64,000 bases of DNA from Desulfomicrobium sp. (GTDB lineage: Bacteria; Desulfobacterota; Desulfovibrionia; Desulfovibrionales; Desulfomicrobiaceae), in the NCBI GenBank assembly GCA_040768745.1, contig JAXGMI010000001.1, positions 288,001-352,000 of the forward strand, in the 5' to 3' direction. Position numbers and translations under genes: made by a program. The notes under the pieces were generated by a model. The model did no database searches, had not been told where the DNA came from, and worked only from the letters and a program-made list of their open reading frames with translations. Positions 28,904-40,085 of the stretch are shown piece after piece. Each line of letters opens with the position of its first letter. Position 1 is the first letter of the stretch.

Positions 28904-30220
28904 CTATAATTTCCCCCAGGCCGGCGAGGTCGTTTCTCCCGGTCCGGTTGGAATCAATATTGGTTCGTCCCCATGCTTCGTGGTCAAATAGATCTGGCTC
29001 GGACCTGAACGATTTGAGGCAAATGCGATGAAGTACCCATCCGGGGACCAGGTGGGATCCTCATCACTACCCGGACCAAATGTCAACTGTCGTTCGCGCC
29101 CGGAAGCCAAATCGACCAGAAATAATTTGTGGCGGCCATCTACCATCTGTGCAAACACGACCTGTGATCCGTCAGGACTGATGCTCGGACCCGTATTGTA
29201 TTTTCCGGTCAGGGAAATCCGACGCACCTCCCCTGATCCGAAATCCTTGAGAAAGACATGTGGGTTGCCAAGCCGGTTGGAGACAAAGACCATCCTCTGC
29301 CCTGTACGGTCGAAATCAGGTCCGATGTCAATGCCCCAATTCTCCTCCAAGGCCCTTCCCACAGAAAGATCCGGCTTCAGCTCGTAGATGTCGGGGTTGC
29401 CCCTCATGTCCAGACTGATGGCCACCGATCCGTGCTTGGTGAATGCCGGGGCAATGAGCGTATTGCCGGGCAGGCGTTTCGTCTGCAGCGATCTGGTTGA
29501 GCGGTCCCAGATGCAGAGGTTGTGGAACCTGGCGTCCAGAAAGACAAAAACCAGCTTCTGGCCATCGTGGGACCAGGCCGGGCTGACACAAATGCCGTCC
29601 AGATTGGTGATCTTCTGCACCCCCAGGCCCTGGGCCGTGGACATATAGACCTGTTTGCGACGGCCCTCCTTCTTGATCATGGCCAGGTTGGAACGGAAAA
29701 AATCCCCCTGGCCCGTCAGGGCCTCCATCAGATCGGCGCAAAAGCGGGCAGCCACTTCCGGAACCTGCTGTTGGGAAGCGACATTATATCCCTTCCCCAC
29801 AATGAGACGCCCCGTGTACACCTCGTAGGCCCGCAGTTCGACCTCTCCGACCCCGCCGGGCTGCGGAGTCCATGCAGCCGTGACGAGCACGTCGGCCCTG
29901 GACAGCTGGAACTTGTTGAAATCGATGTTCTGGGCCACATACCCCCCTGGGGAGGGCCCTCCGATGATGTCCCTGGCCGAAAGCATGTTGAAAAACGGCA
30001 GAAAAGCGCAGTTGGCGTGAATGCGCTGCTGAAGGTCGGCAGGCGCGTTGCCGGGGATGGCCCCCAGGGGGCCAGCGCTTTCCTTGGAAAGAGGATCCGC
30101 CACGAAGAGATTGACCCGGGACTGGCCCGGGCCGTAGATATCGATATTGAGTACGCCGGCCGCCTGCACCGAGGTGAACGAAACTAGCAGGGCCACAACG
30201 ATGAGAATGGATCTAATCAA
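28904..30220 (-). CDS. tolB: TolB
   Basis: Signal peptide, PD40 repeats (SPAWSHDG, PSISPDG, PTWSPDG); position in tol-pal. Confidence 0.92.
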   Translation of the reverse strand: MIRSILIVVALLVSFTSVQAAGVLNIDIYGPGQSRVNLFVADPLSKESAGPLGAIPGNAPADLQQRIHANCAFLPFFNMLSARDIIGGPSPGGYVAQNIDFNKFQLSRADVLVTAAWTPQPGGVGEVELRAYEVYTGRLIVGKGYNVASQQQVPEVAARFCADLMEALTGQGDFFRSNLAMIKKEGRRKQVYMSTAQGLGVQKITNLDGICVSPAWSHDGQKLVFVFLDARFHNLCIWDRSTRSLQTKRLPGNTLIAPAFTKHGSVAISLDMRGNPDIYELKPDLSVGRALEENWGIDIGPDFDRTGQRMVFVSNRLGNPHVFLKDFGSGEVRRISLTGKYNTGPSISPDGSQVVFAQMVDGRHKLFLVDLASGRERQLTFGPGSDEDPTWSPDGYFIAFASNRSGPSQIYLTTKHGDEPILIPTGPGETTSPAWGKL

Positions 30221-30229
30221 GTCATTCTC

Positions 30230-31207
30230 CTACTGATTTTCGGTATTGTAAAACGTTATGACAATAGTCGTATCCAGACTTTCCGGTACCTGGGGCAATC
30301 GTTTGGTATCTTCAACGGCACGTTTGACCGACGCGTCAAAATCAGGCCGGCCCGAGCCGTTCAACACCCGTGAACCGAGGATTTCTCCGGATCTGCTCAG
30401 GCGCAATTCCACCGTGGCCGCCAGGACCACATTGGAAAGTCTGGGAAATCTCCAATTCTCCCGAATAGCCTTGACCACTTGCGACGCATAGTACTCATCC
30501 AAAGTACCTGCGGATTCGCCCTCGCCCGGACCATCCTCGGCTGTGCCGTCCCCGCTGGTCCCTCGTCCGGACACTTCTCTGCCGATGTCCGCCAGGGCAT
30601 CAGCCAGTGCATTTTTGGACGACCCCTTGGCGTCACCCTTGGCAGCCCCCTCGGCACCCCCCTTGGTGGTGGTTTTTGCTGTCTTGCTCGCCTCTCCCAG
30701 GGCCGCGGCCAGAATCTCTTCCTTGCTTGGCTTTTTCTCCGTCTTGGTCGCATTCTTGGAATCGACCTTGGTCGCGTTCTTGGCATCGGCCTTGGCCGCA
30801 ATATCCTTGGTGTCCTTCTTGGGCTCTTCCTTTTTCGGCTCTTCTTTCTTGGGTTCCTCGGCCTCAGCCACCTTGGTTGCATTGACCGTTTCTTTGGGAA
30901 TGGCCTTGGCTGTATCCGCCGGCACGGTCTTCTTTTCAGGTTTTTTCTGCTCCTCGGCGGCCTTTACTGGTGGCGCCTCCTTGGGAGCGGCTTTTTTCGG
31001 GGTCTCCTGGGCGGCCGCCAGCTTGGGTGCACTTCTGGCTCCAGGCTTTCCTTTATGCGGAGTGCCGACCAGATTGACCTCATACATCTTCTTGTTCAGA
31101 TCAATTTTGACATGGGTCCCGGTGGATACATACGCCCCGCCGGCCAGCACCAGAACATGCAAGGCAATGGAGAAAACCCAACTCAAATGACGCAGCGAAT
31201 TGAACAC
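30230..31207 (-). CDS. tolA: TolA
   Basis: SIALH TM motif, K/A/E-rich linker, C-terminal TonB_C-like domain (SGRPDFDASV). Confidence 0.9.
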   Translation of the reverse strand: MFNSLRHLSWVFSIALHVLVLAGGAYVSTGTHVKIDLNKKMYEVNLVGTPHKGKPGARSAPKLAAAQETPKKAAPKEAPPVKAAEEQKKPEKKTVPADTAKAIPKETVNATKVAEAEEPKKEEPKKEEPKKDTKDIAAKADAKNATKVDSKNATKTEKKPSKEEILAAALGEASKTAKTTTKGGAEGAAKGDAKGSSKNALADALADIGREVSGRGTSGDGTAEDGPGEGESAGTLDEYYASQVVKAIRENWRFPRLSNVVLAATVELRLSRSGEILGSRVLNGSGRPDFDASVKRAVEDTKRLPQVPESLDTTIVITFYNTENQ

Positions 31208-31221
31208 GGCAACGCCTTATC

Positions 31222-31632
31222 CTAGGGTTTTTCTTCCTCTGGTTCCGCAACTACTCCCAGCTTTTGTACGCCAGCAGCCCGCACCTCCGCCATGACCTTG
31301 ACCACCACGCCATAGGCCACTTCCTTGTCAGCCTGCAGATAGAGCAGCTTCCCTTTCTGGAAATCCATGCGCTTCAGATGATTGCCAAGATCTTCAACCT
31401 TCACCTCGTATTTGTCGAGCTTGATGACGCCGTTCTTCATGACATGCAGCACCACGGTCTCGCTGTCCTCGGGGAGGGTCTCCACAGCCTTGGTTTCGGG
31501 CAGATCGACCTCTACGCCCTGGGTCAGCATGGGTGCGGTGACCATGAAGATGATGAGCAGCACGAGCATGACGTCCACGAAAGGCGTGACGTTGATCTCG
31601 GCCAGAAATCCTTTTCCTGAATGTACCTGCAT
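31222..31632 (-). CDS. tolR: TolR
   Basis: [31 protein letters not shown]. Confidence 0.95.
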   Translation of the reverse strand: MQVHSGKGFLAEINVTPFVDVMLVLLIIFMVTAPMLTQGVEVDLPETKAVETLPEDSETVVLHVMKNGVIKLDKYEVKVEDLGNHLKRMDFQKGKLLYLQADKEVAYGVVVKVMAEVRAAGVQKLGVVAEPEEEKP

Positions 31633-31635
31633 GGC

Positions 31636-32427
31636 CTATTCACCCCGCTTGTTCATCCAGGGCAATTCGAGCTGGGCGCGGTTCAAAAATTCACTGGCAA
31701 AACACTCCATCTCCGTTTGCACGGTGTTGATCATGCCCAGAAAGGTATTGTAGGCGATGGTCGCCGGGATGGCCACGGCCAGACCGATGGCCGTGGCCAC
31801 CAGAGCCTCGGAGATGCCCGGCGCAACGGCGGCCAGGGCCGCGGTCTTCATCTGTCCGATGGAGTGGAAGGAATTCATGATGCCCCAGACCGTGCCAAAA
31901 AGACCGATAAACGGGGCCGAGTTGGCGCATGTGGCCAGAAAAGCCAAGGACCTGGACATGTCGCCCAGGCTCTCGCTCACCCCCTGTTCCAGCACCCGGC
32001 GCAGGTTGTCGCCGGCCACGCGGAACTTCAGGTTGGGATGGATGACGGACTGCTCCAGCCGACGGAATTCCACCAGTCCTTTCTTGGCGATGGGATACAG
32101 GGCGGAATTCCCCTGCTCGCGCAGAATCTGCACCCCATCGGCCAGATTGGTCGCGTTCTGGAAAAGCGCCCGCTCATGGATGGCCTTGCGCCGCCCGAGA
32201 TGGATTTGAATTATTTTGTAAAAGATGATCGACCAGCTGACGAGGGACATCAGGGCCAGCATTATCATGACCCCCTGCACGACTACCGTCGCATTGGCGA
32301 TCATGTCCCAGAATCCCAGCTGTGGCATCCCACCCAGTTGTGTGGCGGCTCCCAGCTGCGGCATCGCATCGATCGGCTGTGTAACATTCATCTGTTGGAC
32401 AACGCCCATCTGAGGCACTGCATCCAT
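31636..32427 (-). CDS. tolQ: TolQ with a repetitive N-terminal extension
   Basis: [30 protein letters not shown]; start uncertain. Confidence 0.93.
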   Translation of the reverse strand: MDAVPQMGVVQQMNVTQPIDAMPQLGAATQLGGMPQLGFWDMIANATVVVQGVMIMLALMSLVSWSIIFYKIIQIHLGRRKAIHERALFQNATNLADGVQILREQGNSALYPIAKKGLVEFRRLEQSVIHPNLKFRVAGDNLRRVLEQGVSESLGDMSRSLAFLATCANSAPFIGLFGTVWGIMNSFHSIGQMKTAALAAVAPGISEALVATAIGLAVAIPATIAYNTFLGMINTVQTEMECFASEFLNRAQLELPWMNKRGE

Positions 32428-32482
32428 ATTTTCCACCTTTTTCACTACCAGATTAGACAACTACAATGAAATTTCGGCTTCC

Positions 32483-33136
32483 CTACTGCGAAAGACTCCG
32501 GGACACAAGAGCCCAGGCATGCATATCAGCGAGCAGGTACTCGTCTTCCGTCATGCCTGCACCGAGGACGATCTTGCGGCGCAGTTCAGCTCCGACCAGA
32601 TCTCGCGGCCCGTGCGCATCGTTATTGATGACCAGCCTTGCTCCATGCCGGCGGGCCATGGCCAGAACGTGGTTATTGGTGTAGCTGTGCCCTGCCCGGG
32701 TCGTGATCTCGAGGGCGACGTTCTTCTCCGCGGCCAGCATGGCGTCCTGGTCCGTGATGAGGCCAGGGTGGGCCAGCACATCAACTCCGGCCTCCATGGC
32801 CGCCAGGTTCGTACCCCGCTCCACCGGTTCAACAATGGTTTCGCCATGGACCAGCACAATGTCCGCCCCCAGGCTTCTGGCCCGTTCTGCCTCCCGGGCG
32901 ATGAGCCCCGGCGGCACATGGGTCAGTTCCACCCCCGCCACGATGTGCATATCCATAAATATGGAATACTCCCTGGCCACGGCCAGCAGGTGGGGCACGA
33001 TCAGGTCCAGGTTGGAGGCATCCGCATGATCGGTGATGGCGATGGCCCTGTATCCAGCCACTTTGGCCCGTCTAGCCAGTTCTGCGGGAATGAGCTCCCC
33101 GTCACTGAAGACCGTATGGGTGTGCAGGTCAATCAC
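32483..33136 (-). CDS. PHP-domain hydrolase (histidinol-phosphate phosphatase-like)
   Basis: DLHTHTVFSDG, ITDH, GVELTH, VHGE, LAHPG, NDAH. Confidence 0.88.
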   Translation of the reverse strand: MIDLHTHTVFSDGELIPAELARRAKVAGYRAIAITDHADASNLDLIVPHLLAVAREYSIFMDMHIVAGVELTHVPPGLIAREAERARSLGADIVLVHGETIVEPVERGTNLAAMEAGVDVLAHPGLITDQDAMLAAEKNVALEITTRAGHSYTNNHVLAMARRHGARLVINNDAHGPRDLVGAELRRKIVLGAGMTEDEYLLADMHAWALVSRSLSQ

Positions 33137-33139
33137 GGG

Positions 33140-33634
33140 TCACATCTTGTACTTGATTTCGTCAAGGCTGTACTTGGACAGGATTTCCGTCCATTTCTCG
33201 CTGTCCTCCCCTTTGACCACTTCCTGGAAATCCCCTTTCTGCAGGGTCTTGTTCAGGGCGATGACCTCTTCGGAGACACGGATGGGCACCTCAGCCCGCA
33301 AAGCCAGGGCGATGGAGTCCGATGGCCGGCAGTCGATCCTGCGCTCCCCACCCTCGGCCCGCAGCACAAGTTCGGCATAATAGGTGCCTTCGTGAATCGA
33401 GACGATCTCCACGGCCTCCAGCCTGGCGGACATTTTTTCCAGAATGAGCAGGATCAGGTCATGGGTCATGGGCCTGGGCACGGCCACCTTGTTCAAGGCC
33501 ATGGAAATGGCCATGGCTTCCATGGCGCCGATCCAGATGGGGAAAATGATATCCTCCGATTTATCCTTGAGGATGAGAATGGGCATCTGGGAGTCTTCAT
33601 CCAAGGCCAGCCCGAAAACAATCATGTCTACCAC
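33140..33634 (-). CDS. Bifunctional nuclease family (DUF151)
   Basis: PIWIGAMEA, RPMTHDL, DCRPSDSIALA. Confidence 0.9.
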   Translation of the reverse strand: MVDMIVFGLALDEDSQMPILILKDKSEDIIFPIWIGAMEAMAISMALNKVAVPRPMTHDLILLILEKMSARLEAVEIVSIHEGTYYAELVLRAEGGERRIDCRPSDSIALALRAEVPIRVSEEVIALNKTLQKGDFQEVVKGEDSEKWTEILSKYSLDEIKYKM

Positions 33635-34974
33635 ACGTCACCTCGAATCTCGCCCAGGAGCGAGTGTTTCTTTGCCGCCAGGATACGCACCCGAGCCATC
33701 TTCCCGGTCAGATCGTCTCCCTGTGCAGGGAAGTTGACGATGCGGCCGGCCTCATCGCGCCCCTTCCAGCAGTGGACGTCGCTGTCCTGCATCTTGCTTC
33801 TCCCCTCCACCAGCACCTCGGCCTCCGTCCCGACGGTGCGGGCCAGTTCCTCCGCAGTGATGCAGTTCTGCAGATCCTGCAGGATCGCCAGACGTCGGGA
33901 TTTTTCCTCTTCCGGAACCTTCAATCCCATCTTCTCGGCCCGCACCCCCGGCCGGTCGGAATACTTGAACGAGAAGCTCGACAAGAAGCGCACCTGCTTC
34001 ACCAGCGAAAGTGTCTCCTCGAAATCCTGCGCCGTCTCCCCCGGAAATCCGACAATGATGTCCGTGGTCAGTGCGATATGCGGACAGGCCGCGCGCAAGC
34101 TGCGAACAATGTCCAGGTAATGCGCTCTGGTGTACTTGCGGCCCATGGCCTTGAGCACCGCATCGGACCCGGCCTGCACCGGCAGGTGCAGTTGTGGGCA
34201 CAGGTTCGGCACCTGTCCGAAGGCCTCAACCACCTCCGGAGCGATGTCCTTGGGATGGGAGGTGGTGAATTTGAGCCGCAGCAGCCCGGGGATGGATGCT
34301 ACTCTCTGCAGCAGGGCGGCAAAGGAAGTGCCATCCCCATGCCTGTCCTGGCCGTAGCTGTTCACATTCTGCCCCAGCAGGGTCAGCTCCCGTGTGCCGC
34401 GGCGGACCAGGGACCCGCACTCTGTCAGGACCGCGTCCGAAGCCCGGGACTTCTGCCGGCCCCGGGTGTACGGCACAATGCAATACGCGCAAAAATTATC
34501 ACAGCCCTGCATGATGTTCACAAACGCCTGGGCCCCGACCGCTCCATCCTGAGTCAGCTCGCGTTCCGGGTAATGGTCCAGGAAGTCCAGAAGACTGATC
34601 CGCTGGTCCGGATGGATGGCCAGCCGCTCCAGGGTCTGAGGCACCATGGCCATGCCGTCGGTGCCGAAAACCAGGCGCACAAAGGGGAACCGTTCCCAGA
34701 ATCCCTCGCCGACCTGCTGGGCAACGCAGCCCCCCACGGCCACGAAAACATCGGGATTGCGGTCCACATGGGACTTCAGCCGCCCCAGCAGGGAATAGAC
34801 CTTCTGCTCCGGCTTTTCCCGCACGCTGCAGGTCGTGACCACAAAAACCTGGGCCTCCCCTTCGGACACCGCGGCCCATCCCCGGGAAACCAGGGCCTGC
34901 GTCAGCCAGTCCGCGTCGGCCACGTTCATCTGGCACCCGAAGGTCAAGATATGGAACCTCACGAAAACGTCCAC
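33628..34974 (-). CDS. miaB: tRNA methylthiotransferase MiaB
   Basis: TFGCQMN, CSVRE, GCVAQ, CDNFCAYC, HLPVQAGS, TRAM domain. Confidence 0.95.
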   Translation of the reverse strand: MDVFVRFHILTFGCQMNVADADWLTQALVSRGWAAVSEGEAQVFVVTTCSVREKPEQKVYSLLGRLKSHVDRNPDVFVAVGGCVAQQVGEGFWERFPFVRLVFGTDGMAMVPQTLERLAIHPDQRISLLDFLDHYPERELTQDGAVGAQAFVNIMQGCDNFCAYCIVPYTRGRQKSRASDAVLTECGSLVRRGTRELTLLGQNVNSYGQDRHGDGTSFAALLQRVASIPGLLRLKFTTSHPKDIAPEVVEAFGQVPNLCPQLHLPVQAGSDAVLKAMGRKYTRAHYLDIVRSLRAACPHIALTTDIIVGFPGETAQDFEETLSLVKQVRFLSSFSFKYSDRPGVRAEKMGLKVPEEEKSRRLAILQDLQNCITAEELARTVGTEAEVLVEGRSKMQDSDVHCWKGRDEAGRIVNFPAQGDDLTGKMARVRILAAKKHSLLGEIRGDVW

Positions 34975-35023
34975 CCTCCACGATCACGCGTTGCGCATTG
35001 CTTTGACTGAATTCCCTGCGCCG

Positions 35024-35359
35024 TCAACACTTTTCCGACCCTGGGCCCAGGGTCTGGGCCGTGATCCAGTGCAGAAACGGACCATGCCCGGCACACATGT
35101 CCACAGCCACTATGCAGGGCACTTCGTAGGGGTGCAGCCCGACCACCCGGGACCGCAGCTCCTCGAAGAGCCGGGCCCTGGTCTTGGCCACAAGAACCAC
35201 CTCCAGATCGTTGTGCACTGTCCCCTCCCACCAGTAGAGCGATTCCATGGCGCCAAGGATGTTCACACAGGCGGCCAGCCGCTCTTCCACCACGGCGCGG
35301 CCGATTCTCCGGGCCGTCTCGAGGTCCGGGACAGTCATGTAGACCAGGACATGTTCCAT
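35024..35359 (-). CDS. cutA: Divalent-cation tolerance protein CutA
   Basis: RLAACVN, SLYWWEG, HPYEVPCI; RBS GGAGG. Confidence 0.93.
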   Translation of the reverse strand: MEHVLVYMTVPDLETARRIGRAVVEERLAACVNILGAMESLYWWEGTVHNDLEVVLVAKTRARLFEELRSRVVGLHPYEVPCIVAVDMCAGHGPFLHWITAQTLGPGSEKC

Positions 35360-35451
35360 GCCTCCTCCCGCCAAAAAACTTGAGGTTGCAAAAAAAACCT
35401 GTCAGGCAGGGCACTGCCGCGTCCGCCACAATGACCGTTTCGGAGACAGCC

Positions 35452-36114
35452 ATGAAGATGCCCGCTGCCAGGCGCGCAGTACTCATCAGGGAACGCCTGG
35501 CTCGGCGCTACCCTGCCCCCAGAACCGAGCTTTCCTGGACAACGCCGTGGGAGCTTCTGGCCTCCACCATTTTGTCGGCACAGTGCACGGATGCCCGCGT
35601 CAACCAGGTCACGCCCCATCTTTTCCACAAGTGGAAAAATGTGCAGCAAATGTCAAACGCCGACGTCTCGGAAATCGAAAACGTCATCCGCTCCACGGGC
35701 TTTTTCCGCAACAAGGCCAAGAGCCTGCAGGCGTCCGCCCGCAAAATCGTGGCTGATTTCAACGGCCAGGTGCCCAGAACCATGGCTGAAATGCTGACCC
35801 TGCCGGGCGTGGCCCGCAAGACGGCCAACGTGGTGCTGTCCAACGCCTACGGGGTGCAGGCGGGCATTGCGGTGGACACCCATGTGAAGCGGATCAGTTT
35901 CCGCCTGGGACTGACGGCGCAGACAAACCCGGACAAGATCGAGCAGGATCTCCTGCCTTTCTTTCCGCAACAGCACTGGGGAGAGATCAATCACTTCCTG
36001 GTCCTTTTCGGCCGCCAGGTCTGCACGGCCCGCAAACCGGCCTGCGGATCCTGCGAGCTGAACGACCTGTGTCCCCGGAACGGAGTCACCCCATCCACGT
36101 CAACGACAATCTGA
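35452..36114 (+). CDS. nth: Endonuclease III
   Basis: LSAQCTD, LPGVARKTA, VDTHV, C-x6-C-x2-C-x5-C. Confidence 0.95.
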   Translation: MKMPAARRAVLIRERLARRYPAPRTELSWTTPWELLASTILSAQCTDARVNQVTPHLFHKWKNVQQMSNADVSEIENVIRSTGFFRNKAKSLQASARKIVADFNGQVPRTMAEMLTLPGVARKTANVVLSNAYGVQAGIAVDTHVKRISFRLGLTAQTNPDKIEQDLLPFFPQQHWGEINHFLVLFGRQVCTARKPACGSCELNDLCPRNGVTPSTSTTI

Positions 36115-37239
<1,125 letters not shown>

Positions 37240-37411
37240 AGACATTTCAAATTCCGCGTTGTCCGGACACCCGGGTCGGACAGCATCCGGTGGCCGGCCT
37301 GTCAGGATGCGAAAACCATGGGTTCCGGACTGCGCGGAAACGGGTTACGACCGATCCTAAATCCGGCCCCGCCCAAATGTACGTGTGAAACAATCTGCCA
37401 CGGAGGTCTCC

Positions 37412-37993
37412 ATGCTCAGCAATCTTGTCCATGCCAGCCGCAGCTACCGGCGCTTTGACCAAAAAACACCCATTTCCATGACCGACCTCCTGGACCTCGT
37501 CGGCCTGGCCCGGCTGTGTCCCTCGGCAGGCAACAAACAGCCCCTGCGCTTTGTCCTGTGCAACGACCCGGCAGACAATGCGCGGATCTTCGCCTGCCTG
37601 AAATGGGCCGCGTACCTGAGCGATTGGGGCGGCCCCAAAGAAGGGGAGCAGCCCGGCGCCTATATTGTCCTGCTCAACACCGACAAATCCTGGGAACTGG
37701 CCAAAATCGACCAGGGCATCGTGGCCCAGACCATGATGCTGGGGGCCGTGGAAAAAGGGTACGGCGGGTGCATACTTGGCGCCATCGACCGGGAAAAACT
37801 GAGGTCAGTCCTGGGACTTGAAAACGACGGGCTGGAAATCTGCCTTGTTTTGGCCCTGGGCAAACCCGTGGAAGATGTCCGCGTCGTGGATCTTCCGGCC
37901 GAAGGATCCATCAGATATTTCCGGGACGAGAGTGGCGTGCATTACGTGCCCAAGCGCAGCCTGGATGAACTGATCCTGCAGCAACGGGGCTGA
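37412..37993 (+). CDS. Nitroreductase family protein
   Basis: RSYRRF, PSAGNKQP, DQGIVAQTMMLGA, VPKRSL. Confidence 0.9.
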   Translation: MLSNLVHASRSYRRFDQKTPISMTDLLDLVGLARLCPSAGNKQPLRFVLCNDPADNARIFACLKWAAYLSDWGGPKEGEQPGAYIVLLNTDKSWELAKIDQGIVAQTMMLGAVEKGYGGCILGAIDREKLRSVLGLENDGLEICLVLALGKPVEDVRVVDLPAEGSIRYFRDESGVHYVPKRSLDELILQQRG

Positions 37994-37997
37994 AAAC

Positions 37998-38022
37998 AAA
38001 GGGGCACCCAGAGTGCCCCTTT
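37998..38022. terminator. Bidirectional terminator between nitroreductase and rrf2
   Basis: AAAGGGGCAC/GTGCCCCTTT inverted repeat. Confidence 0.7.
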
Positions 38023-38052
38023 CCGCCGTCTTCCGATCCGTGTGCAGGCCAG

Positions 38053-38469
38053 CTACCCCGTACGGGTGATCAGGTCCGTCAGGCGGTAGGAATCCAGGGT
38101 CTGCATCAGGACGTTCCCAGCCTCGATCCACACGTACTGGGTCACGCACTCGCCGGCCAGGGAACATTCGCCGCAGATGGGCGCGCCTTCAGAGCATTGG
38201 GTCAGGAGCACTTTTTCTTCGAGGCCCCGCACCACGTCCCCCACCGTGATGTCCGCGGCTGGCTTGGCCAGCTTGTGCCCCCCGAATGGGCCGCGCTTGC
38301 TTTCGATCAGTCCGCTGCGACGCAGTCCGGTGATCAGCTTCTCGATATATTTCTGGGAAATGTTCTGACGCCGGGCGATGTCCGTGGTATTCACCCAGCC
38401 CTTGTCCTGATTGAGGGCGATATCCAGAAGCAGGCGCGTTCCGTACCGGCTCCTCGTTGTCAAACGCAT
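38053..38469 (-). CDS. rrf2: Rrf2-family transcriptional regulator
   Basis: MRLTTRSRYG, SKRGPFGG, ITVGDVVR, Cys ligands QC..CGEC...EC; last gene of the hmc cluster. Confidence 0.92.
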   Translation of the reverse strand: MRLTTRSRYGTRLLLDIALNQDKGWVNTTDIARRQNISQKYIEKLITGLRRSGLIESKRGPFGGHKLAKPAADITVGDVVRGLEEKVLLTQCSEGAPICGECSLAGECVTQYVWIEAGNVLMQTLDSYRLTDLITRTG

Positions 38470-38485
38470 GCGGTCCTCCACGTTG

Positions 38486-40015
38486 TCAGACCTGACTGGT
38501 GTGGGCAGAATGCAGGGAATCCTCTTGCATCCCGTCGGCCTGCTGTAGGCTTCTCACCCGCTTCCGGGGCAATTCCACCCGGAACTCGGTACCCTGGCCT
38601 ACCTTGGAATCGACACTGATCGTTCCCCCATGTTGATGCACGACATCGTTGGCAATGTACAGCCCAAGCCCCGTGCCTTTGCTGCCCTTGGAAGAAAAAA
38701 ACAGGGAGAACATCTTTTCCTGGGTGGCGCGATCGATGCCCATGCCGTTGTCGCGAATGATGAACGACACCCGCTCATGAGTCCCTTCGACGATAAATGC
38801 AACAAAATGCCGTTCCTTGGACTCGTCCTCGATGCATGCATCCACGGCGTTCTCAAGAATGTTGACCAGACCTGCGGAGATGGTTTCAGGGTCGAGGTCC
38901 ATCTGACCCAAAACCCCGTGAAATTCCTTCTGAAACCGGATATCGTGTTTGGTGGCCTTGGGCTCCACAAAATTGGCCACCCCATCCCCGAAGCTCTGCA
39001 CATCGACCGTCTGGATGTTGGGATCCCGATCCTTGGAGTAATACAGCATCTCCAGCACGGAATTGCGGATGCGGGAGATCATGACCTTGACCCGCTCCAT
39101 TCCGTCGGCGGCCATGGACAGGTCCTGATTGGCAATGCCCTTTTCCAGGCGGTACAGCCCGCCGTCCAGGGCGGTCAGCATGCCGCGCACACCGTGGGAG
39201 ATGGACCCGATGAACAGCCCCAGCGAGGTCAGGCGGTCCTGGAGCTCCCTGATCTGGGAAATATCCGTGGCCAGTTCCATGACCTCGGTGATCTCTCCAT
39301 TCTCGTCCCGCAGCGGGGCCGACAATGTCAGGACGACTTTTTGCTGCCCGGTGCGCGTGGTGACCACTTCCTCGGTCTGGTGCATCAGTCCGTCGTTGAA
39401 GGTCTGCTCCACAGGACAGTTGGGGCAGGGGTGGGTGCGGTGTTTGTAGACCTCGTAGCACCGTTCACCAAGGCAGGCTCCGAAATCCAGCTTGAACTGC
39501 CTGTTGGAGCGGACTATGCGGCGGTCCTTGTTCTGCACCGAAATATAGCACGGCACCTCATCGAAGAGCTGACGGCACAGCTGCTGGCTGCTTTCGAGAA
39601 TCTTGTTCTTGGCCTTGAGCACCTCGTTCTCTTCCTTCACTTCCAGCGCATTGAGGGCCCTGTCCAGGGCGACGCGCAGCGCCCGCTCCGAAACGGGCTT
39701 GAAAAGGAAATCCGAAGCCCCTTCCTCCAGGAAATCGAGGCCCATCCGGTACTCCCCTTCAGGGACAAGCACGATGAGGCGCACTTCGGGAAATGCGCTG
39801 TGGATCTTCTGCGCCACCTCATGGCCCTGCATGCAGTCGCAAATCCCGAGGACAACCAGTCGCGGGCGCACGACGCCCACTGTCGCGAGCGCATCGCCGT
39901 AGTCGGCGTTGGCGGGTTGGTATCCATGTTCGGTCAAAATACGGGCCAGGACTTTTCCATGGCCGGCATCCTGGGCGATGATCACTAACGGTTCGGAGAC
40001 AACAAAGTCGTGCAT
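38486..40015 (-). CDS. Hybrid sensor histidine kinase (receiver-like, PAS, HisKA, HATPase)
   Basis: H-box ISHGVRG, NILENAVDA, DNGMGI, GTGLGL; Cys-rich PAS. Confidence 0.9.
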   Translation of the reverse strand: MHDFVVSEPLVIIAQDAGHGKVLARILTEHGYQPANADYGDALATVGVVRPRLVVLGICDCMQGHEVAQKIHSAFPEVRLIVLVPEGEYRMGLDFLEEGASDFLFKPVSERALRVALDRALNALEVKEENEVLKAKNKILESSQQLCRQLFDEVPCYISVQNKDRRIVRSNRQFKLDFGACLGERCYEVYKHRTHPCPNCPVEQTFNDGLMHQTEEVVTTRTGQQKVVLTLSAPLRDENGEITEVMELATDISQIRELQDRLTSLGLFIGSISHGVRGMLTALDGGLYRLEKGIANQDLSMAADGMERVKVMISRIRNSVLEMLYYSKDRDPNIQTVDVQSFGDGVANFVEPKATKHDIRFQKEFHGVLGQMDLDPETISAGLVNILENAVDACIEDESKERHFVAFIVEGTHERVSFIIRDNGMGIDRATQEKMFSLFFSSKGSKGTGLGLYIANDVVHQHGGTISVDSKVGQGTEFRVELPRKRVRSLQQADGMQEDSLHSAHTSQV

Positions 40016-40085
40016 GGTTTTGTGAAACACCCTTGCCCGGATTGTGCGTGCACCGGACAAGGGTGTCGGAGGATAGAGGTTGCGC

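Noticed and set aside
30790..30875. EEPKK tandem repeats
   Set aside because: Ordinary low-complexity TolA linker, not a CRISPR array or mobile repeat
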